64,000 bases of DNA from Geosiphon pyriformis uo1 (lineage: Eukaryota > Fungi > Glomeromycota): NCBI GenBank assembly GCA_016748015.1, contig JAAOMT010000483.1:124001-188000 (forward strand). Reading direction: 5' to 3'. The notes under the pieces were generated by a model. That model searched no databases, was not told where the DNA came from, and worked only from the letters and a program-made list of their open reading frames with translations. Below, piece after piece: positions 12,701-24,919 of this stretch (the first letter of the stretch is position 1; the number at the start of each line of letters is the position of its first letter). A program made the translations under genes and the position numbers.

Positions 12701-14409
12701 AGAAATCATCGAAACCCAAGCTTCTCTCCAAGGCCCAGGGACCGACTTGCCAACCAAACAGAAATTCAAGAGCACCAAAAGCATATCCAAAACAGATTTG
12801 TCACAATGTTTCCATAATTCATTGGAGATACCAGAAAGACCAGCCACTTTTCCATCAGGAAGATCCTTGACAACAGCTGACAACTCATCAAAACTAATCA
12901 AACACATGACATTAGAGAAAGCACCATCAAACACGTAATCCAGAGGCCGATATTGATGAGCCCAATCCTCAGACAAGTCAGACACCACCTTACATTTTCT
13001 GGTCCATTCCTTCATAATTTTGTCCACCTTAAACTTAACCAAAACAGGCTCTAAAATCAACTCATATTCTACAACCAAATGATCCAAGACCACCTTGTGA
13101 AAAAGATGCTCCAAAACACTCCTAATGGTGTGATCTTTGTTCAACTCAAAACTCTCTATCCTCTTACCAATAGCCTGCTTGATCGAGGATTTCTCGGCGC
13201 GCTTGGATTCCACTAATTTGAATGAGCAGTATGATTTTCTTGCTTTGGCCAGCGCAGAACGAATAAGATCAAAATTAGAACCTGAAAGAAACAGAGACTT
13301 AACCATTGATGCACCAGGGAAGTCGAGTCTGTGCCACACCTCCAACAAAGAAGCAAAACCATCACTAGAAGCCAAACGCGAAGCCTTGACCAACTTAGAA
13401 ACCAGCAGCTCCAGCTTGTGAAACCTAGAAGAAGTCTTGGTAAACACGCCATCAAAATCTCTGAACCATTTTTTCTTAAATGTACCACCCGCTGAAAGAA
13501 CCATAATCTTGCGAACAATGTTCCACATAGTGTCCACATCTGAAAATCTTACTGCCACACCAAAAGCATCCGAGAACATAGAGACATTAGCAGCTGAGGC
13601 ATCCCTGAACTCCAACCACTTAGCTTTATTGGCACTTTTGACATCAAACTTCCAATGGTCTTATTCGCTTGCTTGTGAAGAGAATTCAAACATCTATCCA
13701 AGAGCCCGCCCAAACCCAAATCCACTAAAACAGCTTGATGGTCCATGTCAAAATGCTCACTGACATTCAAAACTTCACGACGCACTATTGTATTGACAAA
13801 ACTCGAGAAGACAAACATGTAATCAATTGTTTTCTTAACACCCCTAAAATTTTCCCAAGTAAGCATTTTTGCAGTCAGGCTACCAACTAAAGAATTGACC
13901 AGACCCAAATCAAAGCATCTTTTGAAACTTGCACTTTTATAAAAGCCGTCTTCATTAAAATTGCCACCGAGAATGATGAAAGAAGATTTATTGACAGCCT
14001 TCGCAATGAGAGAATTGATTTCACCAGCCTGAGAAAACCAAACCACCGAAGAAGCACCAGCATAAAGCCCCAAAATTGACACAGAAAGTTTACCCTTGAA
14101 AAGTAATTTAATGGAAAGGAGCCGACCAGGCACCTCAGAAACTTTGCATACATGATGAACCAAAGAAATGTCCATGATAACAGCAACACCTGCACCCAAG
14201 TGACCGGAGTCCAAACCAGAAAAGAACACTTGGACACCATCAAACTTGTCTGCAATTCACAGATGAACCTTACCTTTTAATTTCATTTCAGTAATGATAG
14301 AGACCAAATTGTTTATTTCCTTATGCCACCTAATAATGTTCTCTTGCTTAGCGGGATTGTTCATGCCCCTGACGTTGCACGTAGCAACTTTCCAGACTAA
14401 ACTGCTCAT
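9722..14409 (-). pseudogene. LINE B ORF2 (endonuclease, reverse transcriptase, RNase H, Zn finger), disrupted
   Basis: ORF pieces 13549-14229, 11195-13615, 10736-11125, 10211-10693 and 9722-10189. ATG at 14409-14407. Confidence 0.93.
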
Positions 14410-16186
14410 TGAGTGAGGGATAGAGACACCGAAAGTGCACCTATACTATCCACTTTGGCCGAAAGGCCCAGAACCATCTCCATTAGACACTTCATGCCGT
14501 CTTCCAGCTTAGACACCAAAGACACATCAAAAGACACCGCTCCCACGACATTCCCACCACTAGTGGACACACCTGAACCCTCACTCATCACTACATCCAC
14601 CCCTTGATCCTGTGATGAAGAGGTCACCAACAGCTAACATCTAGGGCTAGGCTGGGGAACCGTTAGCCTGAGTGCATCCAACCTCTTAGCCAGCTTACCA
14701 ACTTGCTCCACGAGACTGGTGAGACTGCGCTCAAGAGCAGCGAACCTATTGTTGACTTCCATCACAACCGGTTGGAATGGCTTCATCTCCGAAGAGGAGC
14801 CATTATTCACCACAACATTCTGACTAGAGAGGGGAGACGAAAAGCACCTACGAGCAACCTTTGCCCAAGAGAGACCAGACGGGCAACTCGAGCTGAGCAT
14901 TTGGCATAGATGGTTGCTAGCCTGCTTTTATCCGTATCCGAGAAAACTCTACGCAGCGAATTACCAGAAGATAATTTTCCACCAACTGCACAACCCAATG
15001 ACGTGTGACCCAATTTCTCACACTTGGTGCATTTAGCAGAAATGAGGCGAGACCAGCAGAGATTGGTGTTCCTAAATACTGGCATGGTTCCCACAGCAGC
15101 ATCCAATGATTCAGCAAAGTCGAAACAAACAACAGTGCACCTGGTCCGAGCATACGTAACAGAATGACAATCAATGACGCATGTTTTCCCATCCACAGAT
15201 CTAACAAAGTCTCAGATATCATGAGTGGTGGTCCCCGTCGGCAATGTGTAGAGCAGCGCCCTATGTTGGTCCCTTACATCCCATGCTTCCTTGTCTGAAT
15301 CAGCCCTAGCCACACATACAGCATTTTTCCCGATTAAGATGGACCACTCAGCTGTGACCAAATCAGCCTGATCTGATCGTTCGAATTCCACCATCGCCTT
15401 CTGCCACAGCCCGATTAACTGCATCTTGATTGCCTTAATAACTCCAAACTTGGATAGTGCAGCGCGCACAGCCTCAGCCGATGTTCCAATTGGAATTTCT
15501 TTTACGACCACAACCTGATCTGATCGCCCAGATGATCTCTTAAGATCGGTGTTTACCATGATATTTGCACCAGTAGCTTTTTCAGTGGCCTTTATTAGAC
15601 CCGATTCAGAAGTAAATGTCACTCTGATGATCCCTGAGAATTTTGAGAGGGTGGATGCCCTCCCAAAACCATTGATTCCAGAAAATAATTTCCTCACCAT
15701 CACAAGCTTTTCCTGAGAAGATTTGCTGGTCACTTTATTCAAGCCAATATCTAACACGAATGACTTCCTGACTAGAACATTAACCAAATTTTTCATAGAA
15801 GGAGGGAGCTCAAGAGGAGCATCCAAGAGAACACCATCATCATTACCATCTTTTGAGAAGTCAATCTTTCCCAATGGCTTGTCCAACGCCTTTTTGGTTT
15901 TAACCTTCGAACTCGTGGGCGTCTGATCATAATCCCCACCAGCCAGAGCTCCATCTTCACCATAATCAAAGCTGGTTTCCTCCACCAGACACTCCTTTTT
16001 CATATCAACACTTTCAGACTCAGTAGTGTTCCCAGTCTCTAAACACCATGAACAAACACCAAGAACTCCAGCAGCAACCCCTTCATTATCAACACCCTCT
16101 GTTAACGCACCTCCCTTCCTCTTTTTCCTTGATACAACTGCCTTAAAACCACTCTCAGAACCAGAAACTTTAGCAGTTTTTTTCAT
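14406..16186 (-). pseudogene. LINE B ORF1 (RRM-like, CCHC knuckle, coiled coil), disrupted
   Basis: VVVKEIPIGTSAEAVRAALSKFGVIKAIK (RRM-like), CTKCEKLGHTSLGC, NRFAALERSLTSLVEQVGKLAKRLD. Homologous to 62260-64000. Confidence 0.88.
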
Positions 16187-16997
16187 AACAGCAATAACAG
16201 AGCCAACAGTGGCTTCATAATTAAAGAACGGTTTTGATTTATCATACTGAATGGTAAAAAACTTCTTTCGAAAAAACTTTTAACTCTTTTTTGGGAATTT
16301 TGGATGAAGGAGAGAAAAAAGTTTTTTTATAATAATTTTATAATAATAATTCACTTTTTTATAAAAAAATCTGGAATTTTGAATTTAAAACTAAAAATAT
16401 AAATAAAACCAAAAATAGTTTTTTTTAATATTATAATTAATTAAAAAAATTTTGGTTTAATTTAATAATATAGTTTTGGTTTTTTGTTAATTGTGTTTTT
16501 TGTATTTTAAATAAAATTTGATTATTTTTTCTTATAAAAACTTTTATTAAATTAATTTTTATTCAAAAACAAATAATAATAACAATACTTTTTTTATTTT
16601 AAATATTTTGTTTTTTGCTTTTTCAAATTTTCAAATATTTTATACACTTATATATACACTATAGTTTATGGTTTTATATGTAATAATGTGTATTGTTTAG
16701 CAAAATTATTGTTGTTATTAAGAAAATTTCCAAATTTATAATTTTACTGCTTTATAAGTTTTTTTTAAAAAAATTAATAATAAAAATTTGTGTTTAATAA
16801 ACTCAATTCTATTTACAAAAAGTAAATATTAATTAAATATTTACTATTCATTTTGTTTAATTTACACCCATATTCCAATTCTAAGCAAGTTGAAAAAAAT
16901 TTAAGAAATTAGAAATATTTCTTAGCTAGCATATTTCTGGACCAAGATCACATGACTAAATGATCATGAATAAGTAAAAGATCGAACTGATCCGTCT

Positions 16998-17010
16998 TGA
17001 CGTCACGTGA
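16998..17010. promoter_or_regulatory. Overlapping CRE (TGACGTCA) and E-box (TCACGTGA) palindromes upstream of MPP10
   Basis: TGACGTCACGTGA about 73 bp before the ATG at 17083. Confidence 0.4.
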
Positions 17011-17082
17011 AAATACCCTAGCAGATTAACAAAAAATTATACAACACTCCTATCGATATTTCCACTTTTGAATTTATAAGTA

Positions 17083-19879
17083 ATGGCGCTTGAATCAAAA
17101 CTTACAAAGTTACCAGAAAATTTTTTATCCTCTTTCGTTGAGAGTGTTATAGATAAGCCAGAAGCTTTCTTGTTGGCTAATCCTGAAATCCGCTCAAAGG
17201 CTTTGGAAACAACGAAAGTACTGTATGATAGAGGTATTGAAGATTCTTTTTTCATAAATAACATTTGAATTCCCTTTTTTTATAATATAATCTAATGAAA
17301 ATACTTGAACATGGCATCTTTAAGGCAAACACGACGATTTTCTTGAATTACAGGAAAATAATCCTCTAATGTTTCTACTACTTGATGGATTTGATAATGA
17401 ACAAATATGGCAACAGATCAACATGAAAAATCGGCCATTCCTAGACTTTATAGATAAAAAATTGAATTTGGCTTATAAATTAAACGATGAAGATATGGTT
17501 GATTGGAATTCTAAAGAAACTCTAACAATTAAAAAGAACAAGGAGGAAATTCTTGATGACAAAGAAGATATCTCTAGCAATTTTGAACAATTTGATGAAC
17601 AAAAAGAATTCAAGCAAACAGATCTCGATGAAAATAATGTATATATTGAAGAAGAGGTAAGCCGGAAATTTAGCAGTTCTTTAATTTAGTAGGGTAATTG
17701 GCTAATTTCGATTCAATTTAAGGAGAAAGACTCGGAAGAAATAGAAAAAAGCGGAAGTGACGAAGATACTCTAAATGAAGAGGATGAATATCCAGGGTTA
17801 ACCATGAATTCGGAATTAGATGATGAGTTTTTCAATTTGGTCGAATTTAATGAGGTCACTAAAGAAAATGGCGATATTTCAATTGACAATACTCAAGATG
17901 ATGAGGTTGATTATTTTGCAGGTTTGTTCACCACCACTATATATTATACAAACTTTCGATAATGTGATGCTAATCCGAAGGGAATTTTTAATTTGACATT
18001 CGGTGAACAGATTTGAATGAGGCAGATGATGACGAATCAAATGCTAATGGTGATAAATATTCATAATATTTCTCCAATTTGGGCTTGACTAATAGTAATG
18101 AAATAATTTTATAGATATAACGTACACAGAATTTTTTGATCCGCCTACGAAAAATCGCAAGGACAATCGCTCTCGAAATAAGTTATTTGGACATGAGGCG
18201 CCGGAGAAAAATGCCCTAATATTCAAGAAGAAAAATCAGGATAAAATCCAAGACTCCGAACAAGAAGGCTCTAAAATGAATTTGGCAAGAAACCTCATTG
18301 GGTTGTTTGACAGAAATGACGATGAGGAACAAAGCAAGTATGATTTATGGTTTAGCCCACTAAGATATATAAACCAGTCTAAATTTGCTATCTTTTTTTA
18401 GAAGACGTAGGAAAGTCTGCATATGAAAAACAACAAGGAAAAATAAAAAAGCAAATTGAGCAGCTTGAACTGGAAAATGTCAGCAAAAAAGATTGGACTC
18501 TTGTTGGAGAGGTATTTTGGAATAATCGAATGCTTTGTTATTCTGGTTGATCATTTATTAAGCTAAAATTGATTATTATAAGGCGTCTAGCAAAGATAGA
18601 CCTTTGAACAGTTTATTGGAAGAGCATCTAGAGTTCGATCACATTGTTAAGGTTTGTCGTTTTCCTCTATTTAGGCTAAATTCTTTTTACTAAACAGTGA
18701 TACAACGAAAAATAGCCTGTCCCTGTTATCACAGAAGACGTTACCGAAAAGCTGGAGAATTTGATTAAACGAAGGATATTAGATGTAAGACGGTTCTATT
18801 TTTGAACACACTGAAACTGAATACCCTCTTCGGTTGTTTTAATGCATAAAATTTTTAACACATGTTCAGGAAACATTTGATGATGTTGAGCGTAAACGCG
18901 ATCCAAATTTACGACCATTTATTCCTTCGAAATCAATCGAGCTTGAACACGAAAAATCTAAAAAATCCCTGGCGGAGATATATGAGGAGGAATATATTAG
19001 ACAAGTTGCTCCTGGTGTTTTACCTAACGAAAAAGACACTGCATTAAAGAAGGAACATCAAGAAATTGAAATGATGATCAAAGCATTGTGTCATAAATTA
19101 GATGCCTTGAGTAACTTCCATTATACGCCAAAACTGGTGATTTGGAATTTTAATTTTCATAATCTCATTTATTTAAGCTCTGAACCTTGAAAATAGACAT
19201 AAATTATTTTATTTATAGCCTAAAGCTGAAATCACAGTCATTCCGGATGTGTCTGCTATTACTATGGAAGAAGTTATCCCTCTAAATGTTAGCGATGCTG
19301 CTTTATTAGCACCAGAAGAAATTTATGAGAAGAAAGGTGATGTCAAGGTATATCTCATTTATTAGTTGTGCGTTTCCTGCTTAATAATAAAAGGAATTTG
19401 AAAGAGCATTTCTAAAATAAATTTATAAATTTATAAATTTATAAATTAGGGTGAAACCGAATTGGATTCTACTGAGAGGAAAAGAATAAGAGGTGCACAA
19501 AAACGTGCCAAGAAAAAGCAAAAGGCTATAAAAGAGCGCGAGCAGAAAGTTATTCAAAAGTTGCATTCAATTTCTATCTTTGGAAGTACCCTTCTGGTTT
19601 ATCCAACCAAAAATACTAGTAAAAAATAATTTTAATTTATTAGGATGAACCCGGGGCTTGGTAATAAACACGCAAAAAACAAAATGTTGGACGCTTTGAT
19701 TGGACAAAAGGCAAGCTGTTTAATAAGGTTTATTGTATGAACATCTTTTATTAAACCTCCATTTTTTTTTCATTTTTCAGAATGTTAACATAATTGATAA
19801 AGGTGGAAAAAAACGTTCTGATACCCAAAAAAAACCTGGCACTACCGTTCCTGTTAAAGCCACAAATCTCAAACTATAA
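17083..19879 (+). CDS. MPP10: U3 snoRNP/SSU processome protein Mpp10 (multi-intron)
   Basis: Exons give GFDNEQIWQQI, KQIEQLELENVSKKDWTLVGE, RPLNSLLEEHLEFDH, PVITEDVTEKLENLIKRRI, KSKKSLAEIYEEEY, LDALSNFHYTPK, ITMEEVIP...LLAPEEIY. Stop TAA at 19877-19879. Confidence 0.93.
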
Positions 19880-20179
19880 TTTACTCTTGAGCGACAACAA
19901 TCTTTGTGATCTTGGTCAATTGCCCTTATGTGGTAATTTTTATTGTAAATTCTAGTTGATCTTTAATTTATGTATATCACTATATTAATGATTAATTCAT
20001 CGATTCTTTTTACAACACCTTCAATCACATTCCTCCAAAAATTCATACTCCCCTCCTACCCCCTTTAATTACTGCCGTTCTACTTTGCCAATAATAATAC
20101 ATATTAACAGGGACATAATATTACAGGTAATTTCGAAAATAATTACTATATAACTAAAAGAGTAAAATGGGAGAAAAAC

Positions 20180-21749
20180 TTAACAACCAGTCCAAGTGAT
20201 GTTTACGCGTCCTTGTGCCTCATCAGCAATTTTCTAGAGAAGAACCCGTGAGTTGAAAATTACCTGAAAAAGAATCCAGAGAAAAAAGATATACATACAT
20301 TAAAAGCCGTTGATGACATATCCACATCCCCATTCCGACAAACAGGACACTAATAAAGGGTTATTTTGGAAAAAATATCAGATCCAAAGATCAAGTAAAC
20401 GATCAATTTATAATCATCTTTTAGCCGATCTCACCTTGTCCATAATCTTTACTTTGACCGTCCCTTTCGGGCCAGTAACTCTAATACAAGCACCACAGAC
20501 TGGAGAATCAGCAGGATTCGAAAATGCTCCAAATTGTGGAGCGTTCTAAAAAAAGAAATGGTTATAAACGAGAATTTGAAGATCGTTTGAACAGTGCAAC
20601 TTGATTGTAAATACCAGAGCAGCAACCAATTCTTTATCGGTATTTAGGAAACCACAAGCTCCAGTTCCTACAGCTGGGTCTTGATTCCATACCCATATTT
20701 TTAATGTTTGAATAAGATAAAAATCAAAACTCCAGATCCCAAAAAAAAGGTAAAAACATACCATAATACGTCCCATGCCCAATGCCATTTAATAGAAGTC
20801 CAGATCGCCCAACGTCACTGCCACCATTAACTTCGGCTAAAGTATTATGAGAACTAAATTTTCCAATTGCGGCAAAAATAATAATCAAAATTATTCCGAT
20901 GATAAAAAATACTAATGCTACGTAAACTGCTTTTTTATATTGTCGCATACTAGGATGTCGAGTTTCTACCCAGGTATCGAACCGTGAAATAAAATTATAT
21001 TCGTGTCTTGGGGGTAAATTGGGCAATGGTTTATTTTGTCCTGCTGGGGAGATTGAAGATCGATGTCGATTTGTAAATGAAGGAATGGTTGGATTATCAT
21101 TAAAGATATTAATAAAAAGGGTTTTGGTTTTTTTAGTAGATTTATGACGTGATGGTAACGCGGGCGGTGGATTGCCACCATCTTCATGATTTTCAGTTCT
21201 AGAACATTCAAGCGACTCCATTTCTTTATTTTTTTCAGATTGGCTTTTTTTAAGACCGTTTTCACTTATTACTGGTGGTAACTCTCGATTTGTTGTCTTG
21301 TCCTTAAAATTGTTATCCGACTCTTTTCCACCATTATTATTAAAACTATCAGGAAAGATCGCAAAGTACATATCTTCCAAACCCGAAGTGATACTGGTGT
21401 TTTTATTATGTTGAGTTTTCTCTGAATCTACACTACTTGTAACACTATACGTCTGGCTATCAATTGAAACCTCATGGTTCACTGAACCTTTAAATTTTGA
21501 TTTCTTATGTATTTGTGAAAGTCTGAGTTTTCGTGGTGGAAGTGGCGGCTGTTCCGGTTCGTCAGTATTCATACTATCAAATCTAAAGTAGTCTAAATTT
21601 TGCATGGGTCTACGATTCGGAAGGGGAGGAAGTTTTATTCGTGTTTTGTTGGGTAAAGCCAGCTTGGCCCGAGCAATATCCCCTTGACCCGTAGAAACAT
21701 CCGTAAAATTTGAAGAGCTAGAGGAAGAACCAGAATGTTGAGAACTCAT
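20180..21749 (-). CDS. Type II membrane protein with C-terminal RlpA-like double-psi beta-barrel (expansin-like) domain
   Basis: Long Ser/Pro-rich N-terminus, TM helix AVYVALVFFIIGIILIIIFAAIG, then spliced exons GHGTYY-DPAVGTGACGF...LVAAL / CGACIRVTGPKGTVKVKIMDK / CPVCRNGDVDMSSTAF / IADEAQGRVNITWTGC*. Confidence 0.85.
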
Positions 21750-22738
21750 TCTATTAGATAATGAAAGTATCTTAAGGGGATGATTGAAACGAGGTCTAAA
21801 AGGGTAAAAAAAAGAATGTTATTCAAAATTAGAATACAAGGAAATTTTAAATCCTTTCCATTGAGTTTTTGACTTTCAACTTTGGTGTTGATTTTTTATA
21901 AATTTTCATTTGTGGTATACTATTAAAATGAAGCACAATGCTTCCTACTACATCCCTACGCATCAACCAACAGATTTAGCAGGACAAAATTTTGATTAGC
22001 AGATAACAGATAACCCATCAGGTCGTTGTCATACTATTACCATAAATTATAGTGTTTGCCTCTCAACCAACCTTTTCCGTTCTAATGACTGAAACCTCTC
22101 AAATTGAAGAGCCTCTGGCACTACAAAATGAGCTGGCTGTAAAAAGCGTATCTAAAAGTTTGATTATAGTGAAAATTAGCTTATACTTGATTAGAAGATT
22201 GACGTTGAACTTTTTATTATTTATTAGGAGTCCTGCAAGACATATTTCCATGTCATTCAAGAAAAACTGAACAATATACTTCAGGCAAAAAAAAAAATAG
22301 ACGCGAATATAGTATGTGCAAAGATTTTTTGATTCAAGGAACTTTAACTTTTAAAATTTTGCCCATATAAAACCTCTTTGCTTCTCACAACGTTAGGCTG
22401 AAATTGAATATGCCATTTACAATTTTGAAGGGTCTTACTTGGAAGAGACACAAAATGGAAGGGGAAACTTGATTCGGGGTTTTGGGAAATATCCTAAGAG
22501 CGCACTGGATAAAAAGGACCCAAAAAAGTTTGAAATAAGGGAAGAAGACAGAATCTTTTCCCGATCCTCGTAAGTCTTGAATTTCATTATCTGTTAACAC
22601 TGATTATAGATTATACATCGTTAATGTCATTAAATTTCGACAATTTAGTATCTCATATGGGCAGGTAAAATCATAATTTTCATGGTGTAGCCGTTTTTTT
22701 CTTGTAAATTAACATATAAATTCTATAGTCAGTAGAAA

Positions 22739-23330
22739 TGAAGAAAGCTCAAGGACCATTGTTACAAACCATTCCCGATATTCAAGGTAACACCATAAAG
22801 CCGAATTCGCGTAAAAGAAAGAAAAGAAAAAATCAATGGGAAGGGGAAAAACGAAGAAGATTTAAAATTTAAAGAGGAATTCATTCAAAAATCAAGTTTG
22901 GCGAATAAAAGTTAATTTGTGCCCAGGGCTTACAAAGATTACAACAGCGGGTGAACCAATGCAACGATTCTTGGGTTACACAAGTGATGATAACATGTCT
23001 AAAGAAGCAGAACAAAAGACTGACTTGGAAGATGAATTAATTGAGCCAAACGAGAGATCAAATAATCCTGCAGAGGAAGCAACTGTTTCCACAAAGAAAA
23101 ACATATTCATAAATCAATCACTGCTCCAAAAAAAACAGCCCAACAGAAAGAAAAACACCTTCAAAAATATTGTATCGAGTAAGAAAGGCTTGCAAAAGAT
23201 CTTGCAAGGTTCATGTTGAATCAACCTGAGATGAAGCAAAGTCTTCGGGAAAATCGAGAGAAAATTACAAAAGCAACTGAAAAACCAAGAGGTTACATTC
23301 CTCAAAGAAGCCGAGAAATATCACCCTGAG
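22739..23330 (+). other. Possible orphan gene or pseudogene (basic, NLS-like)
   Basis: Purine-rich, coding-like stretch MKKAQGPLL...SRKRKKRKNQW plus ORF 22917-23219. No recognisable domain; splicing unresolved. Confidence 0.2.
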
Positions 23331-23699
23331 CCAGAGCATATAATTGGCTTTTTACTTGTTAATTTAAAGTTTTATATTATTTAATAACTTTGTAAAAAGT
23401 CCGAAAATCTACATTAAGTTCAGAAACATTATTACCATTCAAAAAATTTACAAAATCGGTATGGTGAGTAACTCCCAACAATAATTGTTGAAAAAAGGAT
23501 GCACTTTCTTTATTAATTGATCCTTGCAGATTTATTAATTGAAGTATTGTTATATTGTTCATCTGGTTTCTGTGATGGATATATCCTTGATTTTCTGGGT
23601 ATCAGAATCCGGATTCCAGTCATTTACCTGTTAATTTTACGAACTAATCAATGAATTTGTCAACTTGGTAATTAACAAAAAATATTTACTTAGCTAGAA

Positions 23700-24590
23700 A
23701 AAAATCATTAATTTAATAAATAAATTCGTTATTATTGCAAACAGAAAATACTTTAAATCAACAATTCAATTATTATTCGGCATTTCAAATTGTTTTTAAC
23801 AATATTGATTATTATTTTTAAATAAATACTAGTTTAGAACACTTGGATGTTGTATTGTACTAAATAGCGGTTGGGCCTCACTCGTTTGGTAATTTTTTAA
23901 TTAATAAGATTATTTATTTAAATATAATATAATTATTATTTACTAAAATTAGTAATTATATACATAAATTTAGTGTTAATAAATATATTTTATACACTTT
24001 TATATAAGATTAATCACTTAAACCAATTAAACTTATTTTATAATAATACTTATTTTTATTTTTCCAATAAATTGTTGTTGTATTAAAATTGAAATTTTTA
24101 CTATTAAAAAAGTATTTATTATTATTGTTTATAAAATGGTTACACTATTAAAAACTTGTTTTATGATTATTATTAAATTTGTGCTATTAAATTTTTAAAA
24201 TTTTGATACAATTAATAAGTAGAACTAAATTATTTTTTTTCTGTAAATAGTTAAAATTTTTTCGAATATTATAATTAATAAAACCAAAATTTGCATTTAA
24301 GTTTTCAAAATAATAAAAATTTATAAGAATAATTACTAATAGAATGATAAATTAACTAGTAATATAACTTATAAAACAAAATTAATTAATTAATTAATTT
24401 AAAATAATATGTTTTTATATATTAATGTTTTAAAAAGCACTTTATTAAAATCTAAAAAAAAATCGAACCCAAGTAATTTAAATTTAATACTTACAATAGT
24501 GTTAACAGCTAAAACTTTTTCACTAAATTTAATTTTTTTTCAAAATACCAGCTTTAATAATTACAATATTAAATATTACATATATTAAGA
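23700..24590. other. AT-rich desert within the gene island
   Basis: Near GC-free composition like the other deserts. Confidence 0.5.
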
Positions 24591-24919
24591 AATCAAGGGT
24601 AGCTGGTCACGCATGATTCACGTTTATAGTTGCCTTGTTATATCTAAAATAGATGGTGGAAGAACCTCACTTTGTCATAGCAATTTTAAAAAACAAAATT
24701 TGAATTAATCATAATTAATAGTTTTAGAAATTACTAAATAAATGTATGTAATAATATAATTTTATTTCTAGTTGTTTTGCGATATTCACTAGGTCAACCA
24801 ATAAGATTATTTATCCAGATCACTAGCAAGCCTGCCAGTTAAGTCCAACAATTTACGCGTCCAATTATATCAACCTTTGACGGTTTACCTTTTCACAATT
24901 GGAACGCGAAACCCTTAAA

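Larger units (their letters stand above)
9581..16300 (-). mobile_element. LINE copy B, near full-length non-LTR retrotransposon (ORF1 + APE-RT-RNase H-CCHC ORF2); 5' boundary approximate
   Basis: APE start MSSLVWKVATCNVRGMN; RT motifs DMRKAYDSVGW, QGEVFSPLLW, AFVDD; RNase H ELQAIALAL, DSQ, KVKGHSGVSGNE; CLFCGNVETSDHVFSC; A-rich tail (T-runs near 9581-9607). Confidence 0.95.
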
